The notes under the pieces: generated by a model
Databases searched by the model: none
Seen by the model: the letters and a program-made list of their open reading frames with translations, nothing else
Told to the model about the DNA's origin: nothing
Part shown: one piece after another, positions 19,930 to 29,923 of the stretch
How positions within the stretch are numbered: the stretch's first letter is position 1
Layout of the letters: each line of letters begins with the position of its first letter
Program-made: the position numbers and the translations under genes
From: Zetaproteobacteria bacterium CG1_02_53_45
GTDB lineage: Bacteria; Pseudomonadota; Zetaproteobacteria; Mariprofundales; Mariprofundaceae
Length of the DNA: 57,839 nt
Reading direction: 5' to 3'
Assembly: GCA_001871925.1 (NCBI GenBank)
Contig: MNWZ01000074.1
Coordinates: 1 to 57,839 of the forward strand

Positions 19930-20988
19930 ATGCCAGTTATTTTCCGATGGATTTTTACCGGTTGCATCAGCCGTTCAGTCGTCACCATGGCGGCACTGCT
20001 GGCAATCTATGTCATTATTGAATCTTTTGATAAAGCCCGTTATCTCGGCCACGGCCTGACCAGCCAGTTACTCATTGAATACCTGTTGCTCAAAGCACCA
20101 TTTCTCATCGCTGAATTTATGCCTATCATCGTCCTGATCGGAGCCAGTGTTTACCTGATCGAGCTCTCACGCCATCACGAAATGGTCGCCATCAGGGCAG
20201 CAGGCCTTGGCATCAACAAGCTGCTTACACCGCTGGTTGCAGTTGCCCTGCTCGCGGCCACATTCAGCTTCACTATCGGTGAATGGGTCACCCCTGTAAC
20301 CAACCAGCGACTCGACACCATTGAGCGTGTCCATATCCAGAAAGAAGCAGACAGCAACCACGGCGTGCAGTGGCTGAAAGACGGACAGCATTTTTTCAGG
20401 CTGACACCTTTGGCCAACCATCAGTTTGCCCTGATGATGCTGGAAACGAATCCGCAGGGCGCATGGCTCAAGCGGGTCGATGCCGCCAGTGCGACCTATG
20501 CTCAGGGTGCATGGCAGCTTAAGGATGCCCACGTCAGCAGACCTTCTGAAGACCAGGGCATGTTACTTGAGCATCTGGATGAGATAACCATTGCTTCAAC
20601 GATTAGCCCTGAAACGGCAGAGCCGCCCAAGCCCAACCATATGCAGGTCGCCGAACTCAACCGCTATATCAATGATCTGAAACATGCCGGCTTGAGCAGT
20701 GGCTCTTACACCTATGCCCTGCACCGCAAGTTCTCTGCACCGCTTGCCTGCCTGTTGATGGTGGTACTGGCTGCTGCACTCTGCCTGAACACCGGCAGCC
20801 GCAGCGGCAAGGCTTCATGGGGCATTGTCAGTGCGATATCACTGGGGCTGGTCTTTTATGTGGTGGGTAATGCCGGACATCTGCTGGCAAACAGCGAACG
20901 CATGCCGGCAGCTTATGCAGCCTGGTTGCCCAGCCTTGCTTTTGGCGGACTTGCCCTGTTTTTACTGCTCAAACGCGAAGGGCACTAG
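19930..20988 (+). CDS. lptG: LPS export ABC transporter permease LptG (LptF/LptG family)
   Basis: YLLLKAP..IAEFMP, LSRHHEMVAIRAAGLG, HRKFSAPLACL, AAWLP; start probably ATG 19930. Confidence 0.82.
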   Translation: MPVIFRWIFTGCISRSVVTMAALLAIYVIIESFDKARYLGHGLTSQLLIEYLLLKAPFLIAEFMPIIVLIGASVYLIELSRHHEMVAIRAAGLGINKLLTPLVAVALLAATFSFTIGEWVTPVTNQRLDTIERVHIQKEADSNHGVQWLKDGQHFFRLTPLANHQFALMMLETNPQGAWLKRVDAASATYAQGAWQLKDAHVSRPSEDQGMLLEHLDEITIASTISPETAEPPKPNHMQVAELNRYINDLKHAGLSSGSYTYALHRKFSAPLACLLMVVLAAALCLNTGSRSGKASWGIVSAISLGLVFYVVGNAGHLLANSERMPAAYAAWLPSLAFGGLALFLLLKREGH

Positions 20989-21029
20989 AAGGCAGAAGCT
21001 GGTGACTTGTGAGCGATTCTCCTGTCGCC

Positions 21030-21809
21030 TTACGCCTTACCAACCTTGAGCAGCTTGATGACCTGTGGATGCAGCGCGGGATTGCCTGCCAGCACATCCC
21101 CTTTCTCCAGATCCAGCTTGGAACCATCCAGAGCCGTGGCAATACCACCGGCCTCCTGAACCAACAGGTAACCTGCTGCAATATCCCATGGTTTCAGTCC
21201 GGCTTCCCAGTAAACATCCAGACGGCCTGCTGCCACATAAGCCAGATCCAGTGCTGCGGAACCGCCACGGCGATAGCCGTCCATAGCCGACATACACACA
21301 TTCATACGCTGTTGAAAAACATCCATCGTATCGCGCTGGTAGGAAGGAATGCCTGAGGCGAACAATGCGTGATCAAGACGCTTCTCACCGGAAACGCGTA
21401 ACCTGCGCCGGTTAAGAAAAGCACCGCCACCGTTTTTCGCTTCAAAGGTTTCATCCCGAATCGGATCATGCACTACAGCCAGAAACGGCTTGCCATCCCG
21501 CCATGCGGAAATCGATATGGCAAAATGCGGATACCCGTGAATAAAGTTGCTGGTGCCATCGAGCGGATCGACATACCACTGCATGGAGGCACCCGGATTC
21601 ACCCGTTCACCCTGCTCTTCGGCAACAATGCCGTGGTCAGGATAATGCTTGGTTATTTCCCGTAAAATCAGTGATTCTGCTTTCTGATCAATTTCGGTCA
21701 CATAATCCCGGTCCGATTTTTGCTGAACCTTCAGATCATCACGTTCATCAAATGCCCGGACAATCATATCTCCGGCCTTTCTGGCGGCCCGAACAGCTAC
21801 ATATAACAC
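21030..21809 (-). CDS. suhB: Inositol monophosphatase family protein SuhB
   Basis: WYVDPLDGTSNFIHG, GSAALDLAYVAAGR, WDIAAG; GTG start with AGGAG. Confidence 0.93.
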   Translation of the reverse strand: MLYVAVRAARKAGDMIVRAFDERDDLKVQQKSDRDYVTEIDQKAESLILREITKHYPDHGIVAEEQGERVNPGASMQWYVDPLDGTSNFIHGYPHFAISISAWRDGKPFLAVVHDPIRDETFEAKNGGGAFLNRRRLRVSGEKRLDHALFASGIPSYQRDTMDVFQQRMNVCMSAMDGYRRGGSAALDLAYVAAGRLDVYWEAGLKPWDIAAGYLLVQEAGGIATALDGSKLDLEKGDVLAGNPALHPQVIKLLKVGKA

Positions 21810-22005
21810 GTTTACTCCTGCAATGGCCGACCAGTAAATTCACGCCGTCGACAGGCGAACCATATCACAGGATCAACGAAAAAGTACGCCGAAAGTTGAT
21901 CCGAACAGGACAGCTTGCAGCAGGTGTAAATAAAACTACACTCAATTTCACGGAAGCTGCCCCATTTATTTCTTCTTCGACCCAAAAACCGTGAGTGGAG
22001 GGCTC

Positions 22006-24144
22006 ATGCTCAACAGACATTCCATCAAGCAATGGCTGAAAAACCATACGCATACCGGTGGAAAATCGCTTGCCGAAGCGCAGCTTCAACAGACCAGGGC
22101 GCGCATCCTGCTTACCTGCGCCAGCCTGATATATGTCGCTCTGCAAGGTGAATATTTCGACTACTATATGGCAGAGGCGCTGAGCTTTACCGCCATCTAT
22201 TTTGCCGCCAACATCAGCGCACTGCTCAGACTGCGCCGACTGCCGCTCTCTACTGCCGGCGCCCTGTTCTATCTGCTGCTCGATGTGGTAATCGTGACGT
22301 TCGGTATGCTCATTGACGGCGGCCACTCCAGCGGTGTCTACTTCATGCTGCTGCCGATCATTATCGGTAACGGACTGCGCTTCGGCAATGCCATGCTCAT
22401 CTTCGCCCAGGTTGCCTGCCTGATCGGCTTGCTGATGATGACAGCCTATGCCCATTACAGCCTGCTGCTGCCGATCGACACCACCCTGCTCGCCTGGCAG
22501 ATATTCACGCTGATTGCCGTACCCTTCTACGTTTACCTGATCGGGGTGAAACTTGAAAAAGCGGTAAAGGAGAAAAATCTTGCCGAAGCGAGCTCATTCC
22601 AGCTGCTGGATAAAGGGCCACTGCCGGTATTCACCTACTATCTGGATCAGCAACAGACACCCAGAATCCTCTACAGCAACAGCGCTATAAACCATGTTTT
22701 CCAGTATAAAAATGAATTCCTGATTGGCAAACCGGTTGATGCACTAACGCTGGAAGAGGATAGCCACGAAATGCTCGACTTCTGCCGCATGGCCTTCCAT
22801 GAGGAGAGTGATCCATCCGGACACGCCCCTCACAGCACCTATATCAGAGGCAAAAGCAGCAAGGGCGACATCATCAAGCTGATGATTTCTACCATACGCA
22901 TGCGCTGGCGCAATCGCTGGATCTGTGTCTGTTTCGTGCTCGATATTACCCAGCGAGAAACACTGCAGGAGCAGCTGGAGGCTATGCACCGGCAGGGTTA
23001 TATGTCGACACTGGTCGCAGGTATCGTGCATGATTTCAGGAATGTCCTGACCAACATGATCGGTTATGCGGAAGTATTGCAGATGAGCAGCAGCGACGAA
23101 GTTGCCAGAAGTCAGATCAATGAGATTATTGCAGCCGGTGAACGCGGCTCCGACCTGATCACCCATCTGCTGAAATTAAGTAAAAACCGTGAGGCGGACA
23201 ATCATGTGCCCAGCTTCACAGAAGCGGATAAACTGGTACAACCGTTGGAGAACATTATCGGGCTGACACGGTTGCAACTACCCCAGAATATCAAACTCAA
23301 CTGCAAAATCTCCGAACCGCTGGACGATGTGGCCATCAGCATCATCGAGATTGAACAGATACTGCTCAATCTGGTGAATAATTCGACGCAGGCCATTAAA
23401 GGTGCAGGCACCATCAAAGTTGAAATCTGTATGGATCCGGAACACAGGCTGGCCAGACCCGGTCACGCGGCCCTCTGCATCCGGGTTATTGATAACGGCA
23501 TCGGCATCAGCAATGAGGATCTGCATCTCGTATTCAAGGCGTTCTGGACCTCCAGAGACAAACAGGGCGGCTCAGGCCTTGGCCTGACCATGGTGCAGCG
23601 CATTGTTAAACTGCATCACGGAGACATAAACGTTGAATCCGTCCCGGGTGAGAGAACCTGTTTCACCATTCATCTGCCACCCTGTATCGACAGCGACAAT
23701 GGCGAGCGGGCCAGTGATAAAACAGAAATGCCTCTGCCAGCGAAACAGGGCGCTTATGATCTGACATCGCCCCATCATATTCTGCTCGTTGATGATGCTC
23801 CGGATATTCTGAAGATTCACCAGGCCATGCTTGCGCGCATCGGCCACAGCAGCGTCACTGCCGAGTCCGGCCAGCAGGCACTGGAGCTGTTTCTCAACAG
23901 GGAAAACCACTTTGATCTGATCATGACCGATTATCGCATGCCGGGCATGAACGGACTGGAGCTGGTCATGGAGCTGCGAAAGATTGGTGCCGGTATACCG
24001 ATTCTGATGGTTACAGCCTTTGGCGAAGATGAGCAACTGCAGCAGATTGGCCAGTATCAGGTGACCCTGTTGAACAAACCGGTAAGTATGGACAAACTCA
24101 GAGAGGCCATCGCCCGCTGTACTGCAGGCCAGGCAGCCACCTGA
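22006..24144 (+). CDS. Membrane hybrid histidine kinase (RpfC-like multi-TM input, PAS-like, HisKA, HATPase, REC)
   Basis: About 5 TM helices with IIIGNGLRFG, H-box AGIVHDFRN, N-box QILLNLVNNS, G-boxes DNGIG and GSGLGL, REC MTDYRMP; start ATG 22006 after GGAGG. Confidence 0.85.
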   Translation: MLNRHSIKQWLKNHTHTGGKSLAEAQLQQTRARILLTCASLIYVALQGEYFDYYMAEALSFTAIYFAANISALLRLRRLPLSTAGALFYLLLDVVIVTFGMLIDGGHSSGVYFMLLPIIIGNGLRFGNAMLIFAQVACLIGLLMMTAYAHYSLLLPIDTTLLAWQIFTLIAVPFYVYLIGVKLEKAVKEKNLAEASSFQLLDKGPLPVFTYYLDQQQTPRILYSNSAINHVFQYKNEFLIGKPVDALTLEEDSHEMLDFCRMAFHEESDPSGHAPHSTYIRGKSSKGDIIKLMISTIRMRWRNRWICVCFVLDITQRETLQEQLEAMHRQGYMSTLVAGIVHDFRNVLTNMIGYAEVLQMSSSDEVARSQINEIIAAGERGSDLITHLLKLSKNREADNHVPSFTEADKLVQPLENIIGLTRLQLPQNIKLNCKISEPLDDVAISIIEIEQILLNLVNNSTQAIKGAGTIKVEICMDPEHRLARPGHAALCIRVIDNGIGISNEDLHLVFKAFWTSRDKQGGSGLGLTMVQRIVKLHHGDINVESVPGERTCFTIHLPPCIDSDNGERASDKTEMPLPAKQGAYDLTSPHHILLVDDAPDILKIHQAMLARIGHSSVTAESGQQALELFLNRENHFDLIMTDYRMPGMNGLELVMELRKIGAGIPILMVTAFGEDEQLQQIGQYQVTLLNKPVSMDKLREAIARCTAGQAAT

Positions 24145-24168
24145 CTGAACAAATCAGCAACTGATTTA

Positions 24169-24963
24169 TTAACAGCTTCCGATCAATGCCTGCGAGGTGA
24201 ATGTTTCATACTGCGCATCCACGAAATAGAGTCCGTGGGCAGGTGCCGTCGCAGCCCCTTTTGATCGGTCGCAGCCTTGCAAGAGGAGCTTGAACTCATC
24301 CGGCGTCTGCTTGCCCAGACCGGCCGCAACCAGATTACCGACCAGGTTGCGCACCATATGATAAAGAAAGCCGTCAGCTGCCACATCGACTGTAATGCAG
24401 TGACCATCCTGTTTGATATCCAGCCGGGTAACGGTACGGGTTGCGTGCGGTGCCTGACAACCTGCGGCGCGCAGGGCACTGAAATCCTGTCTGCCCAGAC
24501 AGAAGGTTCCGGCCTGCTGCATCAACGTCACATCCAGCCCTCGCGGCATCCACCAGTGCCGCCACTGCTGTATGGCAGATGCCGTATTCCTGTTCCAGAT
24601 CTGATAGCGGTAAGCACGCCCCCGACAATCGAAACGGGCATGGAAATCATCCGCTACCGCCCTCACCCCGACAATGCGAATACTGTCGGGCAACAGATGG
24701 TTGCAACCATGCAGGTAAGCCAGATGTGAGCGATTCCAGCGCGCGGCCGACACATCACAATGCACCGGCAGTGCCTCGGCATGTACGCCGGTATCGGTTC
24801 TGCCGGCAGCAAACGTCGTAACCGCCCTGCCTTCGATCCTGAGCAACACATCTTCAAGCATTGCCTGAACCGTGACCGCATTATTCTGTCTCTGCCAGCC
24901 ATGAAAAACGGAGCCGTCAAACTCGACAACCATGACTATACGCTGCATCACTTCTTCCATCAT
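24169..24963 (-). CDS. truA: tRNA pseudouridine(38-40) synthase TruA
   Basis: EFDGSVFHGWQRQ, AGRTDTGVHA, FHARF, FLYHMVRNLVG, TAPAHGLYF; start 24963 via ATGA overlap. Confidence 0.95.
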   Translation of the reverse strand: MMEEVMQRIVMVVEFDGSVFHGWQRQNNAVTVQAMLEDVLLRIEGRAVTTFAAGRTDTGVHAEALPVHCDVSAARWNRSHLAYLHGCNHLLPDSIRIVGVRAVADDFHARFDCRGRAYRYQIWNRNTASAIQQWRHWWMPRGLDVTLMQQAGTFCLGRQDFSALRAAGCQAPHATRTVTRLDIKQDGHCITVDVAADGFLYHMVRNLVGNLVAAGLGKQTPDEFKLLLQGCDRSKGAATAPAHGLYFVDAQYETFTSQALIGSC

Positions 24964-25676
24964 AAAAACACCATGCCATATGCCATCAAAGCAACGACCA
25001 GACAGCAAGTATTGATTGCAATTCGCGCCGCCACATCGGTTTCTGAACATACGGCAGGCTTATGATGCAAAAACTGAGGCCAGCGCAACCAGAGCAGCTG
25101 CACCTGATCAGCAGCGGAGGTCAGTGCCAGCCGGAATGCGGTCAGGATAAGCAGCGGGAATTTCGACCAGTCCCGGCGCAGGGTCCACTGCTGTTTCAGG
25201 ATATGCAGGTCATGGCTGATCCTCTGTCGCATAGGTGCGAGCATAAACAGGTAAACTGCCAGATGTTTTCCGGCAAATGGCAGGGTTAAAAGCAGCCTGT
25301 TCCATTCGGAATTATTCAGGGCGCGAAACATCAGCATGGCCACCATAAAGATACAAACCAGATGCAGTGAGAGCCAGCCACCCTGCTGTAAGCCCTGCCA
25401 GGTCAACGGCAGTCCGTAATCCGGAAACATCAGTTGGCCGGGAGAAAACATCAGATGCAGCAGCAGAATAGGGAAAACAAACCAGCGCAACAGGCGCAGC
25501 ATATGGACAAGCTTTTGCCAGTGACCATCGAGCCCCCGAATCAGCAGGGTCGCCACAACAATCAGGCACAGATTTAAAACGACAAGATGTGACGTGATGC
25601 TTAACAGTAGCAGAGCAAAACAGGCCAGCCAGCGCAACCAGACCGAGGCGGTATAAAACAGGTCCGAAAAAGGCAT
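24960..25676 (-). CDS. Membrane protein, EcfT/CbiQ-like
   Basis: Hydrophobic; LRLLRWF..ILLLHLMFSPG and LTWQGLQQG pattern resembles CbiQ-like genes found between fimV and truA. Confidence 0.5.
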   Translation of the reverse strand: MPFSDLFYTASVWLRWLACFALLLLSITSHLVVLNLCLIVVATLLIRGLDGHWQKLVHMLRLLRWFVFPILLLHLMFSPGQLMFPDYGLPLTWQGLQQGGWLSLHLVCIFMVAMLMFRALNNSEWNRLLLTLPFAGKHLAVYLFMLAPMRQRISHDLHILKQQWTLRRDWSKFPLLILTAFRLALTSAADQVQLLWLRWPQFLHHKPAVCSETDVAARIAINTCCLVVALMAYGMVFL

Positions 25677-25714
25677 TACAAGTGATGCAGCGCAGCCGCA
25701 GCAGGCCTCAACGC

Positions 25715-28700
25715 TCAGCCTTTCTTCTTACCGTCGTCATCCTCACCATCATCGGAAAACTCACTGAGCAGCTGATCCAGCTCCTGAGTAGTACTGTGAT
25801 TGGCTGCAAAACCGCTCTTTTTCCCAACGGATTTATCAGCTTCCGGCTCAAATGCATCATCTTCATCGAAAGAGAATTCACTGAGCAGATGATCAAGCTC
25901 CTGAGTGGCGCCATGATCGCTTTCACCCGGCTTTGCATCTCCTTCATCAACAGCAAACTCGCTAAGCAGGTGATCGAGCTCCTGCGTCGCATCATGATCC
26001 ATTTCAATAGAGGCTGCTTCATATTCAGCAGTGACAAGCGAGTTTTCATCGTCGGCAAACTCACTCAACAGATGATTCAGTTCCTGCGTGGTATCATGAC
26101 CGGTTGCAATACCAACCCTACGGGATGCCACTGCATCACTGTCATTCTGTTCCAGCAGATCATCATCCAACCCGCTCGCCTCACGTCCTGCAGGCTCGGC
26201 AAATTCATTCATCAGGATGTCAAGATGCTGGGTGGCTTCCAGTGTTGATTCATCATCTTTGACCTGTCGACGTACGGCAGCTTCGGCCTGATCAAACACC
26301 GAAACATCCAGCTCATCACTGTCCGTAGAGAAATTGAACATATTCTCATCATCGGCAAAATCACCGAGCAGATGATCCAGATGCAGGAGATCAGCCGCCT
26401 CTTCGTCAATCACCAGTGTGCGGTCTGCAGTTGCAATGTCTGCCGGGACAACATCCTCAGCCACCTCTTCATCCTGATTGGTGAATTCACTCAACAGACT
26501 ATCCAGTTCCTGGGTTGCATCTGCCGAAGCCAGATCAAGTGTGCTTTCGAAATCCAGCTCTGCCGGGCCGGGTTCAAGCGATGCTGCCGGCGCGACTTCC
26601 TGTGAGGCAGTCAAGTCGTCATCGGAAAATTCAACCATCAGGTTATCGAACATCTGCGTAACAGTGGCACCGGTAGCATCGTGGCTCTCATCTAACGCGA
26701 CATCTGCGTTATCAGTCAACGCGATGGCAGCAGTTGCATCAAATGATGCATCGTGCAGCCAGTCCATCTCTTCCATGGCAGGTTCTTCTGCAACGACATC
26801 CTGCTGCTCAGGCATATCAATATCAGACAGATCGAAATCGATGCCATCGTCTTCCTGCCCTTCAACCAGCATTACGCCTGAAACGTCATCATCTTCAGGT
26901 AACAGTTCGGGTTCTGCCGCTGCGGCAACTGTCGGCAGAGCTGCAGATGGCTGCGCATCTGACACTTCCGTACGGCCGGTGGCCACTTCATGCAACGCTG
27001 CATAAAACTGGTCAAGTTCTGCACTCTCCAGCACCCGGTCAGCTTCCGCCTTGCTTTCCGCAAAGGCTTCCACCGCACCGGTACGACGCAGGAGCTGTGC
27101 TTTTTTGATATGCGCAGCAAGATTATCCGACTGTAAACGCAGTGCCAGATTCAGCTGATGCAGTGCTTCATCGTCCATTCCGTAACGGGCATACACATCC
27201 GCTTCAGAGATATAATCCACATTTGGATCCGGATCTTCATCCAGCATTGAAGCGTCAAAGGGCTCCATCTCGGCCGTATCAGTGTCGGTCAGGTCATCGG
27301 AAAAACTGGCGATGGAGTCGAACACATCCTGTTCACGATCTTCATTTTCAATAGTTGATTCGGAGTCGCCGGCAACCGTTTCCAAGGCCTCAACTACCGG
27401 CTCAACAGCTGCCTTCTCTTCAACTCTGAGCGCCTCATCAGCAGGATGTGCAGGCTCCCTGCGCATCAAAACAGCCACGGCGCCGAGCAGAATAGTAACC
27501 AGAGCAGCCAGCAGCCAGATAACCCAGTCCGGTCCATTCTGTGGTGCACCGGCCTGTTTGTTGGACTTTTCCAGTTCGGCCTGCAAACGGACCAGCAGTA
27601 CTTCCAGTTTCTCAACACGCGCAGTAGATGCCGCTCCAGCAACGTCATCGATTTTACTGTTCAGCGCTTCTATGCTCTTCTGATTCTCCAGCAGTTGCTG
27701 CTGCAGCGCTTCATTTTTTGCTTCTAATACCGCCAGTTCACTGTTCGATTCAGCAGTCGGCAAAGCTTGTGTTGCCGCAGCTTGCTGGTCATCGGCAACT
27801 GCGATCAGTGACTGAACGCCTTCGCTATCGGTAGCCGCACCGCTGCCTGCTACAACAGGTCGGGCAGTTGCAGTTGAATCGGCAACAGCTCTGTTTTTCG
27901 TGGCAGCCGGTAGCAGAACAGGTGCCGCAGCTGAGCCCCTGGCCTGCTCGCCAACACTCACCCGATTGCTGTAACGGGTACGCTGGGCCTCTTCAACAGC
28001 CGCATACCGCGGCTTTTCGGTCAACTCTTTCCACTGCTTCTCATGTTGAGCAAACAGCGCATAGGCCTCTTTTGCAGATCGCTGTTCGATTTCGGCGGCT
28101 GTCGGCACTTCAAGAAAACTGCCTGCCTTGAGCAGGTTCATGTTTTCATTGTCAAATTTGCTCTTATTCTTCTCATACAGGGCAGCCATGACCTGATAAG
28201 GCTTATAGCGGTGATCAACACGCAGTCGACTTGCTACGGTGGAGAGCACATCACCATAAACGATGGGGCCATAACGATCCGCTCTGGCCCAGTCATCAGT
28301 CGCCCCGCGCTGTTCAGCCTGTGCAGGCCGGTCCGTTTCAGTCGTATCCGCAAGCGGATCCTGTGCAACAGACGCCGATGGCACCCTGACCTGTTCTGAC
28401 AGCTGGACAGTGGCAACAGACGGTTTGTCAGCCGCAGTCTGGATAGATTTCGCCGCCTCAATGAAAACAGCAAATTTTTTGAAATGGGCCACGCGTCCAT
28501 AACGGACTTTCAATACCAGATTGAAAAATGGCGCTTTAATGCCGCTGCGGGAAGAGAGTTTAACAAGCGTGCCACGCTGATCACTGGCCACATCGGCACG
28601 AATTTCACTCAATACAGGATCGCGGTATACCTCGAAAATCCTGTAGTCTGCCGGCGATGCAACCTCAATAAACAGACCGCTTAGCGACTCACCCTCTTCC

Positions 28701-28849
28701 AGCCTGAGCGGTACTTCAGCATAAAACGGCTCCCCCAGACGGGAGGCGACTTCGATCTTTTCGAGCGATGCGGCATCGGCGGCAACCGGTAAAAACAGAG
28801 CCATAGCAAGCCAAGCCATTGCAACCTGATGCCTTACCCGTTTCAACAT
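25715..28849 (-). CDS. fimV: FimV/HubP polar landmark protein
   Basis: SLEKIEVASRLGEPFYAEV N-terminus, LysM-like GPIVYGDVLS...QVMAALYEKN...NMNLLKAG, coiled coil, single TM, TPR-like EADVYARYG, acidic tail; located between asd and truA. Confidence 0.85.
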   Translation of the reverse strand: MLKRVRHQVAMAWLAMALFLPVAADAASLEKIEVASRLGEPFYAEVPLRLEEGESLSGLFIEVASPADYRIFEVYRDPVLSEIRADVASDQRGTLVKLSSRSGIKAPFFNLVLKVRYGRVAHFKKFAVFIEAAKSIQTAADKPSVATVQLSEQVRVPSASVAQDPLADTTETDRPAQAEQRGATDDWARADRYGPIVYGDVLSTVASRLRVDHRYKPYQVMAALYEKNKSKFDNENMNLLKAGSFLEVPTAAEIEQRSAKEAYALFAQHEKQWKELTEKPRYAAVEEAQRTRYSNRVSVGEQARGSAAAPVLLPAATKNRAVADSTATARPVVAGSGAATDSEGVQSLIAVADDQQAAATQALPTAESNSELAVLEAKNEALQQQLLENQKSIEALNSKIDDVAGAASTARVEKLEVLLVRLQAELEKSNKQAGAPQNGPDWVIWLLAALVTILLGAVAVLMRREPAHPADEALRVEEKAAVEPVVEALETVAGDSESTIENEDREQDVFDSIASFSDDLTDTDTAEMEPFDASMLDEDPDPNVDYISEADVYARYGMDDEALHQLNLALRLQSDNLAAHIKKAQLLRRTGAVEAFAESKAEADRVLESAELDQFYAALHEVATGRTEVSDAQPSAALPTVAAAAEPELLPEDDDVSGVMLVEGQEDDGIDFDLSDIDMPEQQDVVAEEPAMEEMDWLHDASFDATAAIALTDNADVALDESHDATGATVTQMFDNLMVEFSDDDLTASQEVAPAASLEPGPAELDFESTLDLASADATQELDSLLSEFTNQDEEVAEDVVPADIATADRTLVIDEEAADLLHLDHLLGDFADDENMFNFSTDSDELDVSVFDQAEAAVRRQVKDDESTLEATQHLDILMNEFAEPAGREASGLDDDLLEQNDSDAVASRRVGIATGHDTTQELNHLLSEFADDENSLVTAEYEAASIEMDHDATQELDHLLSEFAVDEGDAKPGESDHGATQELDHLLSEFSFDEDDAFEPEADKSVGKKSGFAANHSTTQELDQLLSEFSDDGEDDDGKKKG
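25750..26670 (-). repeat. About 8 imperfect protein repeats (A/T)TQELDxLLSEF in the FimV tail
   Basis: TQMFDNLMVEF, ATQELDSLLSEF, LHLDHLLGDF, ATQHLDILMNEF, TTQELNHLLSEF, ATQELDHLLSEF x2, TTQELDQLLSEF. Boundaries approximate. Confidence 0.8.
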
Positions 28850-28885
28850 GTTGCCTCCATCAGTAGTCCTGTCAGGACTTGCTCC

Positions 28886-29923
28886 CTACGACTGAGAAAT
28901 CAGAATTTCCGCAATCTGGACGGCATTTAGAGCCGCACCTTTACGCACATTATCGGCAACAACCCACAAATGCAAAGAATTTGCACAGGAATTATCATCA
29001 CGAATTCTGCCTACCCAGACCGGATCAGTACCGGCGGCTTCGCTTGCCATCGGGTAATCCTCAGAGGCAGGATCATCCACGACACAGACACCTTCCGCTT
29101 CAGCCAGAAGCTCACGTGCCCTGGCCGCATTCAGCGGGCCTGAAAAGGTGATATTGACCGACTCCGAGTGGCCATAGAAGACCGGTACACGCACGGTTGT
29201 GGCGGTAACGGCAATATCAGCTTCCATGATTTTGCGCGTTTCATCGATCATTTTATGTTCTTCTTTGGTGTAACCGTCTTCCATAAACACATCGATATGC
29301 GGAATGACGTTAAACGCGATACGGGCAGGAAACACATTGACATCGGCAGCCTGTCCGTTCATCAACTGGCCGGTCTGCTTGGCCAGCTCATCCATGGCCT
29401 TGCCACCGGCGCCGGATACCGCCTGATAGGTCGAGACCACCACACGTTCGATCGGCATGGCATCATGCAACGGCTTGAGTGCCACCACCATCTGGATAGT
29501 GGAGCAGTTCGGATTGGCGATAATTCTGTTTTCGCGTGCCATCTCCAGCGCATGCGCATTGACTTCCGGCACAACCAGACAGATATCCTCGTCCATACGC
29601 CAGGCGCTGGAGTTATCCACGACATAACAGCCAGCCTGAGCAAAACGCGGCGCATGGGTTCTGGAGGTGCCGCCACCGGCAGAAAACAGGGCGATATCCA
29701 CACCGGCAGGATCAAACGTTTCCAGATCCCGTACGACATATTCCTTGCCCCTGTATTCGATCACAGAGCCCGCACTGCGGCTCGAGGCCACGGGAATCAA
29801 CTCGGATACGGGAAACTTACGCTCAGCCAGAATATCGAGCATGGTCTGGCCGACCGCGCCGGTCGCACCGACTACTGCGACAACATAGCCCTCTTTTTTC
29901 GGCAAAAATGGTTCTCTACTCAC
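28886..29923 (-). CDS. asd: Aspartate-semialdehyde dehydrogenase
   Basis: [54 protein letters not shown]; GTG 29923 overlaps the leuB stop. Confidence 0.96.
   Translation of the reverse strand: MSREPFLPKKEGYVVAVVGATGAVGQTMLDILAERKFPVSELIPVASSRSAGSVIEYRGKEYVVRDLETFDPAGVDIALFSAGGGTSRTHAPRFAQAGCYVVDNSSAWRMDEDICLVVPEVNAHALEMARENRIIANPNCSTIQMVVALKPLHDAMPIERVVVSTYQAVSGAGGKAMDELAKQTGQLMNGQAADVNVFPARIAFNVIPHIDVFMEDGYTKEEHKMIDETRKIMEADIAVTATTVRVPVFYGHSESVNITFSGPLNAARARELLAEAEGVCVVDDPASEDYPMASEAAGTDPVWVGRIRDDNSCANSLHLWVVADNVRKGAALNAVQIAEILISQS

Noticed and set aside
21865-22455. 196-aa minus-strand ORF
   Set aside because: Antisense to the TM region of the hybrid kinase; no recognisable motifs.
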